Assembly (NCBI GenBank): GCA_027858315.1
Contig: JAQICV010000077.1
Span: 6,186 to 70,185, forward strand
Source: Candidatus Woesearchaeota archaeon
GTDB taxonomy: Archaea > Nanobdellota > Nanobdellia > Woesearchaeales > UBA583
DNA length: 64,000 nt
Direction of reading: 5' to 3'
Shown: positions 10,772-21,190 of the stretch, in pieces
How the letters are laid out: each line of letters starts with the position of its first letter
How positions within the stretch are numbered: position 1 is the stretch's first letter
The notes under the pieces: generated by a model
Told to the model about the DNA's origin: nothing
Database searches by the model: none
The model's input: only the letters and a program-made list of their open reading frames with translations
Made by a program: the position numbers and the translations under genes

Positions 10772-12022
10772 TTATTTTTTAGATTTTTTCAAACCATATC
10801 TATATCCAACAATTAAACCTATAACTAAAAATATAGCGTAAAGTGCAATTCTCAATGTTAAACTCTCACCAGGATTTGCTGTTGATATATCATTAACCAT
10901 AATGGAAATTGTCTCATCTTCTGTTAAAACATCTCCATTTACTACTGATCTAATTTGTAATTTTAATTTGTATTCTTTAGCCTGAGCATCTTCATCAACT
11001 TCAATATTAAATATAACTTCACCTTCATCATTTACATTCATTTTTCCAATGAAATCAGACTTGTCTGCAAAATCAAATGGTTGAGATGAATCTTTAAATA
11101 TTTGAATTGATGTTGAATCACTATCTCCTGAACCAATATTTTGAATTTTTAAATGCAAATCAGCTTTCTTCCCAGGTACTAATTCTGGAGCAACAAATTC
11201 TAAAATTTTGTACTCAGGTCTTGCAAAGATTGCAATGTTGAAATCTTTAACTTGAGTTTTAATTTCATCTTGTTGTTTTTCATCAGATTCTTTGTATTGA
11301 ATATTTAATTTAGCTAATTTATTACCTTTTACTAAACCTTCATTAGTGTCTAAATAAAACTCTGCAATTTTTGAAGCACCTGCATCAATAGTTCCAAGGT
11401 TTGCTCTAGTTGAATAACCAAAACTTTCTTCGAATCCTTCAGGAATAGATAAATCTAAGATTACTTGTTCTGCTGCTTCATCTCCAATATTTACGATTTC
11501 TAGTTTAATTAAACCCTCATCGTAGTTTGCAATTAATTTATTTGGACTTGTCTCAACTTTTCCAATAATTAAATTAGGAGATTTATCTTCATCAACTCTA
11601 ATGTCAAATTCGATTTCTTTTGTAACGACTAAATTAGAAGATGTTTGATACATTTTTAACTCATATACACCTTCTAAAGCACCTTCATCAACTTTTAATT
11701 TGTAATATAGAATGTAGTATTCTTTATCATCACTATTACCTACCCAATCACCTAAATTTTTAATAGCTTTATCGCTACTATCAAAACTAAAAGGATATTC
11801 CGGTACTAATTCATACTCAATATCTTTTAATTCTTCATTACCTTCCTTTTCGATTTTAAATCTTAATTCAACATAGTCTCCAGGTTGCGCTGGGTCTGGG
11901 TCTTGATTAAGCAAAGTCTCTGTTAATTTTGAATAAGAAAAATCTTCTGCAAATGTAGTTGAGGAGATTCCTAACAAAACTAATGTTAATACTAATAAAT
12001 TTTTAATTAATTTGTTTTCCAT
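10772..12022 (-). CDS. secreted surface protein with C-terminal membrane anchor
   Basis: 416 aa ORF with a signal peptide, a repetitive beta-rich body and a C-terminal transmembrane helix followed by a basic tail. Confidence 0.35.
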   Translation of the reverse strand: MENKLIKNLLVLTLVLLGISSTTFAEDFSYSKLTETLLNQDPDPAQPGDYVELRFKIEKEGNEELKDIEYELVPEYPFSFDSSDKAIKNLGDWVGNSDDKEYYILYYKLKVDEGALEGVYELKMYQTSSNLVVTKEIEFDIRVDEDKSPNLIIGKVETSPNKLIANYDEGLIKLEIVNIGDEAAEQVILDLSIPEGFEESFGYSTRANLGTIDAGASKIAEFYLDTNEGLVKGNKLAKLNIQYKESDEKQQDEIKTQVKDFNIAIFARPEYKILEFVAPELVPGKKADLHLKIQNIGSGDSDSTSIQIFKDSSQPFDFADKSDFIGKMNVNDEGEVIFNIEVDEDAQAKEYKLKLQIRSVVNGDVLTEDETISIMVNDISTANPGESLTLRIALYAIFLVIGLIVGYRYGLKKSKK

Positions 12023-12023
12023 T

Positions 12024-13205
12024 TTATTTTAAATTTGCATTTCCTTTTGCTAACATAAATAGTTTTTTTATAATTTTAAAAGGAGAGTTTAACTTCTTTT
12101 TTGGTTTGTGCAATTCATATAATACTGAAATTGCAGGAACTACAGTAATTGCTGCTAAGAAACAAAATATTACTCCAAAAGCCATAATTTTACCTAATTC
12201 TCCTAAAATGATAAAATCACCATAAGTCATAGACCAAAAACCAATAAAACTAGCAATTGTAGTAATAAACATTGGCTTTAGGACATTTTCCATTGTTTTT
12301 TGCATTGCAAGAACCGGTTTCGCAGATGCGAGTTCTTGCTTGAACCTCATGATAGTTTGGATACCAAAATCTATTCCAATTCCAATAATCATCGAGATTG
12401 CTCCAGAACTAAAATTTGTCATTTTAATTCCTGCTGCAGCAATAAAACCAAATACCCAAATCACTCCAAATATAATTGTGAATAATGGAAGAACAGTATA
12501 AATTGGATGTCTAAATGTGAGCAATAATATTGCAATAATTGCAAATAATGAAATCATTGTAGTCTTAGATGAGTCAGGGCCCGTTAAATCTTCGGAGATT
12601 TTTCCTGCGATTGCTTCACCTGCTAATTGAACTTTTATTCCTTGAGGTTTTTGAGTATTATCAATAATTTTTTGAACTTGAGTTTGCAATTCACCAACTT
12701 CAAAACCTTGGTTTGCATAAACCCTAATTATAGTTAGAGTATATTTATCATTTACAATTCTATCAAATGTATTGGAATTATCATTCATTAATTCTTTTAC
12801 ATCTTTTAAATTATTAATTGGTTTATCATCGTTTAAATTGTAAATATTATTTCCTAGACTATCGCTACCAGTTACATCTTGAATGCCAACAACTTGATTT
12901 GATAAGATATTTGTATATCTTACAACCTCGGGGTCACGAATATCATATATATTTGAACCTAGTTCGGGGTCTAATTCGACTACTATCATAAATGCAGTTG
13001 ACTCTCCTCCACCTAGATTATCGGAGAGTTTTTGAATTCCATCAACAACTGAAAATGTATCAGGTAAAATTTCATCTACATTAGGATTGTCAACAATTAA
13101 TCTATCATATATACTAAATGATCCTACACTAATTAGTAGAGCAAATACAATTACTAAAAATGGATGATTTACAATTATTTTTGCGTATTCATGAATTAGA
13201 TTCAT
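12024..13205 (-). CDS. RND/MMPL-superfamily exporter, C-terminal half
   Basis: 393 aa ORF with an N-terminal transmembrane helix, a periplasmic-type domain and a 5-TM bundle. Confidence 0.5.
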   Translation of the reverse strand: MNLIHEYAKIIVNHPFLVIVFALLISVGSFSIYDRLIVDNPNVDEILPDTFSVVDGIQKLSDNLGGGESTAFMIVVELDPELGSNIYDIRDPEVVRYTNILSNQVVGIQDVTGSDSLGNNIYNLNDDKPINNLKDVKELMNDNSNTFDRIVNDKYTLTIIRVYANQGFEVGELQTQVQKIIDNTQKPQGIKVQLAGEAIAGKISEDLTGPDSSKTTMISLFAIIAILLLTFRHPIYTVLPLFTIIFGVIWVFGFIAAAGIKMTNFSSGAISMIIGIGIDFGIQTIMRFKQELASAKPVLAMQKTMENVLKPMFITTIASFIGFWSMTYGDFIILGELGKIMAFGVIFCFLAAITVVPAISVLYELHKPKKKLNSPFKIIKKLFMLAKGNANLK

Positions 13206-13206
13206 T

Positions 13207-14382
13207 TTAATTCATACCTCCTGTTTGATTGTAAAAATCTCTTTTTGCAATTTGTTTTTTTGCATTTTTATTCAAACTCTTAATTTCTATATTTTCATAT
13301 AGTATTATCATTAAAGGTGTGACAATTATTGCAGCAACAATTGAAGCTAAGATTCCTATTGCTAATGTTAGACCTAATTTTTGCATCATTGGTGTGAATG
13401 AAAAAGTTAGAGCTAAGAATCCTGCAAATGTTGTAGTTCCTGAAGATAATAGCGCCATTCCAATATTTGAAACTGTAGCCTCAATTGCTTTTAATTGAGT
13501 TTTTTTATTTTTGAATCTTTCTTCATTGTATCTTGTAAGCATAAAGACTCCATACTCAACTCCTAGTCCTAAAATGATTGAAGCTAGAGCAACGGATGCT
13601 ATTGACATTTTTAATCCAATATGTCCAATGATTCCTGCTGCCCAAACTAGAGCAAATAACAATGGAGTAAATACTATTATTGCTTTTGCAAAGGATTTTT
13701 CTGTGAATAATAATAATAAAAATATTCCTACTGCTGCCATTGAAAATGTTTTCAGAGTATCTGAGAATACTGTTTCTCTAATTGTTTTTCCAAAAGCAGG
13801 ACCTCCAGTCATAGTGTATTTCACTCCACCTGGTTGACCTACTGCAGACATTTTATCAAGAAGCATTTCTTCAAATGGAACTACATCTTCATATGCTCCA
13901 CCAATATTAGTTGTAATAGTTAAAATAGTCATTCTATAATTCTCACTAAATAAACCCTTTAGAGCTGGGACCATGTCTAAAAATTTTACTATATCATCTC
14001 TTGATTCAGGTGGATGAGACATCATTGCAGTTCCTAATGAAGAAGTTTGAATTACTCTTGAATCTTTTTTTAGAGAAGTTTCAAGTTCTTGTAAAAATGT
14101 TACGAAATCAGGATCTCTTAAATCAAGTAATTCATTCTCATCAGACTCATCTACTTCAAATACTAATACTACTGTATTTTCTCCTCCGAATTCATCACTG
14201 ATTCTATCTGTTAAAACATAGGCAGGCAAATGCCTTGGATTTTCTTTGTCAAAGTCAGATTCAACTTGTAGATTTGGAACACCTAAACCTATAAGTATTG
14301 TTGATATAATAACTATAGCTAAGAGTATAAATGGAAATTTGTATTGAAATTCTGCAATTTTTTCTAATATTTCTTTAATCAT
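13207..14382 (-). CDS. RND/MMPL-superfamily exporter, N-terminal half
   Basis: 391 aa ORF with the same architecture as its neighbour. The two ORFs are separated by 1 nt, consistent with a split 12-TM exporter. Confidence 0.5.
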   Translation of the reverse strand: MIKEILEKIAEFQYKFPFILLAIVIISTILIGLGVPNLQVESDFDKENPRHLPAYVLTDRISDEFGGENTVVLVFEVDESDENELLDLRDPDFVTFLQELETSLKKDSRVIQTSSLGTAMMSHPPESRDDIVKFLDMVPALKGLFSENYRMTILTITTNIGGAYEDVVPFEEMLLDKMSAVGQPGGVKYTMTGGPAFGKTIRETVFSDTLKTFSMAAVGIFLLLLFTEKSFAKAIIVFTPLLFALVWAAGIIGHIGLKMSIASVALASIILGLGVEYGVFMLTRYNEERFKNKKTQLKAIEATVSNIGMALLSSGTTTFAGFLALTFSFTPMMQKLGLTLAIGILASIVAAIIVTPLMIILYENIEIKSLNKNAKKQIAKRDFYNQTGGMN

Positions 14383-14806
14383 TTTTTGTTAAATTCTCTA
14401 CAATCTTTCTCATACTAGAAACTATTCTTTCCTTCTCTGTTTCATCAATACTTGAGAGCATAATTTTTGCAATTTTTAGTTTTTGTTTTTTGTGATCTTT
14501 ATATGCTTCAATACCATGATCAGATAATGATACAAATACTTTTCTTCTATCTATACTCTCATCTCTTTCTCTTTTCAATAAATCTTTTTCAATTAATTTA
14601 TCTATTAGTGGAGTAATTGTTCCAGGAGTTAAATCAAACTCCTCTGCGATTTCTCCCATTGTCTTTTTTGATTTTTCAATAAAGTCAATTACTTGTAAGT
14701 CTCTAAGCGGCAATTCACAAAGAGTTTTAGAATTAGCAAGTTTTCTTTTAACTTGGGTTCCAATTGCCTCAATTAGCATAGCAAGTTCTTGTTCTTTTGA
14801 TACCAT
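14375..14806 (-). CDS. MarR-family transcriptional regulator
   Basis: 143 aa ORF with a winged helix-turn-helix and MarR-like spacing. Confidence 0.6.
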   Translation of the reverse strand: MVSKEQELAMLIEAIGTQVKRKLANSKTLCELPLRDLQVIDFIEKSKKTMGEIAEEFDLTPGTITPLIDKLIEKDLLKRERDESIDRRKVFVSLSDHGIEAYKDHKKQKLKIAKIMLSSIDETEKERIVSSMRKIVENLTKND

Positions 14807-15233
14807 ACTATAAAATGTTTACTTTGATTTATAAATATTTTGATTATCAAAGTATTATTTTTTGATTTTATATAAGATTATGATTAAAACTATGAAAAAT
14901 AATGCAGTTATAGAATATGCAATGAAATTAGTTTCTGGTTCTGGGAAGAATAGAAGAGTTAGTAAGGCTATCAGAATAATGAATATAATTAGTTTGTTCA
15001 TTGAATCTTATGGATTCCTGATACTATAAAGGTTTTGGTGGTGAGGTGGCATATTGTAGTTTTTGAAAACTTTGTTTTATCATCAAGTTATCAAATATAA
15101 CAAATAATAAAGAACTTTCAATTTCAAAAAATATATTTGAAAGGTTAAAAGAATCTTCAATAAATTATTATCTTAAAGATTTAGATAATACAAATATTCA
15201 ATTATTGAGTGAAGAAGGAAATAATATAGAAGA

Positions 15234-15722
15234 ATGAATTTAGAAGAATTACAAAATGAGATTAATACTCAGAATCAAAGGAAAGGTGAAATAATCTCAT
15301 TAGTTGTTTCATTAGAAGGAGATATGGAATTTTTCATATCCAAATATTTTGCAAGAGATTCTAATAGAGATATTGTATTATCTTACTCAATCTTATCTGA
15401 TATAACAATAGAAAAGAAAAAACAATATATATTTGAAATTATAAAGTTTCAGGAAAGTACAGGATTTAATGAATTAAATAAAGAAATAAAAGAATTTGTA
15501 AATTTTCTTAGAAATGATTTTGATTTTGTAATACAAAAAAGAAATGCAATAGCACATTGGCATGGATTAATAGATAGTGAGAGAATTACTATTGAAAATA
15601 GAAAAAGAGTTACAACTCCTAAAGATAGATTAGAAATTACAAAAGATTTAGTTGAAGAAATTAAAATTAAAAAAGATAGAATTTCTAAAAGTTTAAAGGA
15701 ATTAGGAATTAAATATAAATAA
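15234..15722 (+). CDS. mini-HEPN protein with RNxxAH motif (Abi_2-like)
   Basis: 162 aa ORF carrying KRNAIAHW, the Rx4H HEPN catalytic motif of the AbiD/AbiF type. Confidence 0.5.
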   Translation: MNLEELQNEINTQNQRKGEIISLVVSLEGDMEFFISKYFARDSNRDIVLSYSILSDITIEKKKQYIFEIIKFQESTGFNELNKEIKEFVNFLRNDFDFVIQKRNAIAHWHGLIDSERITIENRKRVTTPKDRLEITKDLVEEIKIKKDRISKSLKELGIKYK

Positions 15723-15784
15723 CTTATTATATTAAATAACAAGAAAATGGGAAATTTAATAAAGAGAAACAACTCAAATTAATT

Positions 15785-16621
15785 ATGGATACAACTCTTC
15801 TTTTTGATGAAACTATTAATTGTTTAAAAAAAATAAATAATAAAAAAGATAATATAGATTTAAGTCAAAGTTCATTTCTGACTCCATTCTTCATTGCACC
15901 ATTAGCTGCATATTTAAATAATGTCAAATCAAAAAATTGCATATTACCAATAAGAACAGAAGTCTTTTCTTATTTAGAATATGTTAAATTTCCAACAGGA
16001 ATAAATGTAGATGAATTCAAAAGAAGAGCTGATAAAAAAACATATTTGCCCTTATTTTCATTTTATGATAATGAGATTGATAATGAAGAAATACTTAGCA
16101 AACTAATAGATTGTTTAACTATTTTTGCAGATATAAAATATAATAAAGATTTAATATATAATCCTTTAGCAGAATTAATAGATAATGTGAAAGAACATTC
16201 CCATTCTACTAAATGTGTTATTACTGCACAAATTTATGAAGAAAAGTATCTTGCAATTTCTTTAGTAGATAATGGGAAGACAATACCTCAAAATTACATT
16301 GATGCAAAATTTGGTATAAATAATGATATAGAAGCTTTTGAACAAATACTTAAAGGAATATCATCTACTGGTGATAATACTAGAGGGTTTGGTATTCAAA
16401 CATCACTTCAAGTCATTTCTGAAGCACTTAAAGGAACTATATTTATAGTTTCAGGCGGGGGAGGGATATACAAACAAGGCAAAAATCCACCTACATTATA
16501 TGATTTTACTAAATATAATTTAAAATATAAAGGAACAATTATTAATATTATCTTTGAAATGCCGAAAGAATCATTAAAAATAAATAAAATGGATTATTTA
16601 AGCAAAAAACGAATATATTAA
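15785..16621 (+). CDS. GHKL-family (histidine-kinase-like) ATPase
   Basis: 278 aa ORF with an N box (ELIDNVKEH), a G1 box (DNGKTIP), a G2 box (GFGIQTS) and a GGGG lid. Confidence 0.55.
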   Translation: MDTTLLFDETINCLKKINNKKDNIDLSQSSFLTPFFIAPLAAYLNNVKSKNCILPIRTEVFSYLEYVKFPTGINVDEFKRRADKKTYLPLFSFYDNEIDNEEILSKLIDCLTIFADIKYNKDLIYNPLAELIDNVKEHSHSTKCVITAQIYEEKYLAISLVDNGKTIPQNYIDAKFGINNDIEAFEQILKGISSTGDNTRGFGIQTSLQVISEALKGTIFIVSGGGGIYKQGKNPPTLYDFTKYNLKYKGTIINIIFEMPKESLKINKMDYLSKKRIY

Positions 16622-16673
16622 CCTTTAAATAGTCAATGAATAGGTTTATAAAAAAAGACATCATATTATATAT

Positions 16674-16979
16674 ATGAAAAAAATAGAATTATCTAAATCT
16701 TTTAAAAATAAACTAGCTTTAAGATCAACTGCTAGACATTTATTTGATATTATCATTGAAGAAAATATTACTACATTAGATTTTAAAAATATTGAATTTA
16801 TCTCTAGATCATTTGCAAATGAGTTATTAAAATTAGAAAAAGAAACAAAATTAAAATTAGAAAAAATTAATATGAGTTCAAATGTAAGTTTTATGATTAA
16901 GTTTGCTTTAGAAAATAGGACTGAAGATTCTAAAACTAATTATAAAATAGGTAATCTTGATAATTTGATTGCATTATAG
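16674..16979 (+). CDS. DUF4325/STAS-like domain protein
   Basis: 101 aa ORF with LALRSTARHL..LDFKNIEFISRSFANEL, matching the STAS-like DUF4325 pattern. Confidence 0.45.
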   Translation: MKKIELSKSFKNKLALRSTARHLFDIIIEENITTLDFKNIEFISRSFANELLKLEKETKLKLEKINMSSNVSFMIKFALENRTEDSKTNYKIGNLDNLIAL

Positions 16980-17077
16980 TTAACTTCATTTAATATTTAC
17001 TATAATTATAGATCTACAATTATATAACATTCCAATAATTAAAAAGATTTAAAAATATATTTTTCATTATATAATAT

Positions 17078-17536
17078 ATGAGTAATAAAAGAATCCAACT
17101 AGAGGCAATAGTTTATAGAAAAAAGAAAGATGAATATGAATTCCTATTGTTAAAAAGGATTCCTTCAAAAGGTCACTTTTGGCAGCCTATATGTGGAAAA
17201 ATGGAGGATAGTGATAAAAATGTATTGGATGGATGCTATAGAGAAATAAAAGAGGAAACATCAATTGATAAGAAAAATATTATAAGAGTAATAGATAATG
17301 TACATTATTTTGAAATGAATAGACATTATTTAACTCGAGAAGTTATGCCAACCATAAAAGAATATGTTTTAGCATTTGAAGTAGACACAAATACAGTAAT
17401 TAATATTGAGAATAATATTTACCCTGAGCATGAAGAATATAAATGGGTTACTTTAGAAGAAGCACTTGATTTGTTGAAATGGGAAAACAATAAAGAAGCC
17501 TTTAGTAAATTATTTGAGAATTTAAAAGATAAGTAA
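17078..17536 (+). CDS. NUDIX hydrolase
   Basis: 152 aa ORF with the Nudix box GKMEDSDKNVLDGCYREIKEETS. Confidence 0.7.
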   Translation: MSNKRIQLEAIVYRKKKDEYEFLLLKRIPSKGHFWQPICGKMEDSDKNVLDGCYREIKEETSIDKKNIIRVIDNVHYFEMNRHYLTREVMPTIKEYVLAFEVDTNTVINIENNIYPEHEEYKWVTLEEALDLLKWENNKEAFSKLFENLKDK

Positions 17537-17589
17537 AGAAACAATGCAAATCTAAATATTTATAAATATAAAAATTTAATCATATTTAA

Positions 17590-18132
17590 ATGAAAAAAAG
17601 ATATCTCATTTATGCTTTTATTTCAATAATTATTTCAGTAACAATAAACTTTAATTATCACGGTTCAGTATTAGGTTTTTTATCTATAACTATATTTAAA
17701 GGATTTCTTTTTTTCCTAGGACTAACTAGCATATATCATCTGGTTCTAAGTTTTAAAGACAAAAAATATAAAAAATCCATTTTTTTTGGAAGTTTACTTG
17801 TTTTATTATTTTTCTTTGCTTTTTTTTTGAATAATACAGAAGGTGAACTATGTTCAATGGCAATTCAATTCCCACATTTTAGAACTAATATTCTCACTCA
17901 AAAATGTGAATTTGGAGGAGGAGCTGGTTGTTTAATTGGAGAACCTTGGTATTATAATTCTGGTTGTGATATAAGTGAAGAAGAAAAATTAAATATATTA
18001 AAAAATGATGAAAAAGTTATTTTGGAATGCAAATTTATATGTGAGCAAAATTTTGAATATAAATATTGTTCAGGAATATATAGATGTAATGAATTCTTTT
18101 CTTGTGATAGTATTTCTTGTGTAGATGATTAA
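17590..18132 (+). CDS. secreted/membrane Cys-rich protein
   Basis: 180 aa ORF with a signal/transmembrane segment and a C-terminal 100 aa region containing about 11 Cys. Confidence 0.3.
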   Translation: MKKRYLIYAFISIIISVTINFNYHGSVLGFLSITIFKGFLFFLGLTSIYHLVLSFKDKKYKKSIFFGSLLVLLFFFAFFLNNTEGELCSMAIQFPHFRTNILTQKCEFGGGAGCLIGEPWYYNSGCDISEEEKLNILKNDEKVILECKFICEQNFEYKYCSGIYRCNEFFSCDSISCVDD

Positions 18133-18135
18133 TTA

Positions 18136-20097
18136 CTAATTAACAATTCTCTCCAAAATTTCTCTACTCTTCTTAGTTTTATTTTTCCAGAATGATTCAT
18201 CTTGTAATACTCTTTTTAGAATCAACTCAGGAGTTGATTTTCCTAATTGATTAAATTGAGGTTGATGATTTGTCATTAAGTTTCCTTTCTCATCTAAACC
18301 TGTTGCAGAGATTCCATCTATTCTTATTCCTTTAACTCTTTGTTCTTCAATGAATTCTTTAATTTCTCTTCCTAAGTGAGATACTGCAATACAATAATTA
18401 TTTTGCAGAGATAATTCTGTTAAGAATTCTATTAGAATTTTAGCTGCAGCACCTGGCTCAGTTATTGCTTCGAATTCATCAATTAGAATTAATTTAGAAT
18501 TTTCATGGTCTAGTATTTCAATTAGATTTCTTATAGTTTGTTCAAATGCTCCTGATCCTTGAGTTCCTGTAAATTTCTTTAAGTAAATTATTTCATCAAA
18601 GATTTTTACTGTAGAAGATACTGAAGTTGGAGATGGAAGACCCATATTAGTTAGGATATGAATTTGTAAGAACATTTCTAGAATAGTTGTTTTTCCACCT
18701 GAATTTGCACCTGTTAATACTGAGATTTTTTCATTTTCTAATTTCTCATTATTTATTGAATTAGTTCCTAGTCCGTATGAGATTGGCATTGGATTATCGA
18801 TGTATATATTTCTACTTTGAATTAATTCAAGTTTGTCTCCTAAGTTAGGATATTGAAGGTTGTATTTTTTTGCAAACTTTGAGATTCCATTAAAGAAGTC
18901 TAAATAAAAAGCATAGTCCCATAGTTTTTTGATTTGTTTATAATTAATTGAACCTAGTTGTTTGTATGTGTCCAATTCTAATTGAGAAGAGACTGAATCG
19001 ATTTGATTTAATAAATTTGCTTTTGCTTCTTCATCTAATTCAAGAGGATATGTTGAATTAGAAAATAAGAAGTCAACATTTATTTTTGCCTTTTTGAAAT
19101 CTTCTAGGATTTCTTTTTCTCTTTGAGAAATTATTTCTCTAGTGTCTTCTTTGAATTTATCCTGGAGTGCTTGCATATTTCCAGAATTTAATAATTCAAG
19201 CAGCTCATCTCCTCCTAATGAGAGTTGTTTTTTTGAAATGATTTCTTTTAGTTCTTTGTTTATGTTCTGAACCTCTTCTTCAAGTCTTAGAGCTTTATTT
19301 GTCAATTCTTTTAGTGATTCAGAAGAATCTACTTCAAGAAGCTCTTTTAGTTTTATTTGGTCTATATCTATGTCTAATTCATTATTTGTTAATTGATGAG
19401 CACAGGATTGTATTGACTTATTATATTTTGAAGATAAATCTAAAAGTTTTAATAAATTTAAAATTTGTTTCGAATTCTTTTTTATTATATTTCCGATAAT
19501 TACTTTTTGAAAATCTTTGAAAGAATAAATTTCAAAGTCAACATATAAATCCTCTTCAGTTACTAAAATAAAACTTGCACTTTGGTTTTGAGTTATTTCT
19601 TCTAATTCATTTTTTGTAACATAGAGTGAGCTAATTTTATATGAGTCATATAATAGATCTTGAATTTGTTTGTCTAGAGTATAAATTGTTTTATTAAAAG
19701 ATACCTTTGTATTAATTAGTTCTATTTGATTGATTATTGTTTTGATTTGTTTTTGAGATTCTTCATCTATATCAATTTTAGAAATACTTGAGAAAATTTC
19801 TTTTCTTTTTTTTAATTCTTTAACTTCTTTAGTTGGATTAAAAAATAGATTTGCATAATGATTTGTCTTTTGATTGAAAAATTGAGATTTTATCATATCA
19901 AATATCTTAGTTAAATGTTTTTTTGCATGTGATTGAGTGTATATCTCTTGAGTCTCTTTATTGAATAATTTTAGAAGCTGACTTGAAGTTAAATCATGAA
20001 AGTTATATAATTCATAGTTAGTCATTATCGAATTTATTTTACTTTCAGTATTAAATTTTTTTAGAAGTTCTTGTTTTAGATTATCTTGTATATTCAT
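18136..20097 (-). CDS. MutS2-like ABC ATPase (MutS domain V protein)
   Basis: 653 aa ORF with the Walker A motif TGANSGGKTT and a MutS-type signature LIDEFEAITEP. The N-terminal coiled coil has no mismatch-binding domain. Confidence 0.6.
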   Translation of the reverse strand: MNIQDNLKQELLKKFNTESKINSIMTNYELYNFHDLTSSQLLKLFNKETQEIYTQSHAKKHLTKIFDMIKSQFFNQKTNHYANLFFNPTKEVKELKKRKEIFSSISKIDIDEESQKQIKTIINQIELINTKVSFNKTIYTLDKQIQDLLYDSYKISSLYVTKNELEEITQNQSASFILVTEEDLYVDFEIYSFKDFQKVIIGNIIKKNSKQILNLLKLLDLSSKYNKSIQSCAHQLTNNELDIDIDQIKLKELLEVDSSESLKELTNKALRLEEEVQNINKELKEIISKKQLSLGGDELLELLNSGNMQALQDKFKEDTREIISQREKEILEDFKKAKINVDFLFSNSTYPLELDEEAKANLLNQIDSVSSQLELDTYKQLGSINYKQIKKLWDYAFYLDFFNGISKFAKKYNLQYPNLGDKLELIQSRNIYIDNPMPISYGLGTNSINNEKLENEKISVLTGANSGGKTTILEMFLQIHILTNMGLPSPTSVSSTVKIFDEIIYLKKFTGTQGSGAFEQTIRNLIEILDHENSKLILIDEFEAITEPGAAAKILIEFLTELSLQNNYCIAVSHLGREIKEFIEEQRVKGIRIDGISATGLDEKGNLMTNHQPQFNQLGKSTPELILKRVLQDESFWKNKTKKSREILERIVN

Positions 20098-20244
20098 TTT
20101 TATTTATTAAAATGGTCTTGAAAATTTATTTTACTAAATTTTCATTGTTCATAATAAAAAATAGATTAAGCTGTTTTTAAATATTTGTAAGAAGTTGAAA
20201 TTATTTGAAATATAATACTTAATGAAAATCTATGAATGTATATA

Positions 20245-20556
20245 TTATTTCTCTAATTTTTTAATATTATTAATTGCCTTTCTAATAAAATAGGAATATT
20301 CTTCTTTGTGTTCAATAGGGATCAAAACCCAATTTTTCATAATTTTGTTAGAATCATAAATGTGATGCCCAATCTTTGCTCCAGTTAATTTTAATGCTTC
20401 TTTTTTTGAATTTTCATCAAGTTTAATCATTAAACTATTTTTATATGAAATGACTAATATTTTTCCATAATCAAATCTAAGTCCATCAACTCCAAATACT
20501 TTACACAAAGAGATTTTATCAAATTTATTTGCAATCTGGACTAAAGTTTCTTTCAT
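20245..20556 (-). CDS. hypothetical protein
   Basis: 103 aa ORF. No recognisable motif. Confidence 0.25.
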   Translation of the reverse strand: MKETLVQIANKFDKISLCKVFGVDGLRFDYGKILVISYKNSLMIKLDENSKKEALKLTGAKIGHHIYDSNKIMKNWVLIPIEHKEEYSYFIRKAINNIKKLEK

Positions 20557-20603
20557 ATTAGTTTATGGAAATTGTAATATATAACTTTTTCTTAAAGTAA
20601 ATA

Positions 20604-21140
20604 TTATTTTTTAGTATATTTTAAAATAACAATTCCTTCTTGAATAGTAGATTCCTCTAGATGTAATTTTATATTAGGATTGTTTTCTAAAAATAATCTT
20701 CTTCCTGAACCTAAAATGGTCGGGATAATACCAATAATATAATCATCTATTATCTCTGATTTAATAAATGTGTCAGTTAAACCAGCTCCCCCATATAACC
20801 AAATATTTTTCCCATTTTCTTTTTGTAATTCTAATATTTTATCTACAATATTTTCTTTTCTGAATTCAACGTCTTTGAGTTTCGATTTTAATTCTTTTGA
20901 TGTTGCAACATATACTTTTTTATCTTTAAACATTTCAATTGATTCTTCAGGAATATCTTCATATGCTTTTCTTCCCATAACTACTGTATCAATAGAATTT
21001 AAAAACTCTTCAAAATTAAATTTTTTATTAGTATCATGGCTCTTATCTGCATCTCCGACTATCCAATCAAAGCTTCCATCTCCTCTTGCAATATAACCAT
21101 CTAAACTAATTGCTAGATTTAGAATTATTTTTCTTGACAT
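20604..21140 (-). CDS. RibD C-terminal domain / dihydrofolate-reductase-like protein
   Basis: 178 aa ORF with ILNLAISLDGYIA and GDGSFDW. A second, disrupted paralog lies at 37563..38105. Confidence 0.65.
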   Translation of the reverse strand: MSRKIILNLAISLDGYIARGDGSFDWIVGDADKSHDTNKKFNFEEFLNSIDTVVMGRKAYEDIPEESIEMFKDKKVYVATSKELKSKLKDVEFRKENIVDKILELQKENGKNIWLYGGAGLTDTFIKSEIIDDYIIGIIPTILGSGRRLFLENNPNIKLHLEESTIQEGIVILKYTKK

Positions 21141-21190
21141 AATATAGATAATGTTATCAGAATTTATAATCTTATCTTTAGAAAATTATT

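Noticed and set aside
14879-15022. Small ORFs in the MarR–HEPN intergenic region (47 aa on + and a 48 aa hydrophobic peptide on -)
   Set aside because: They are too short, and in AT-rich DNA such ORFs are expected by chance. They are noted only as candidates for a leader peptide.
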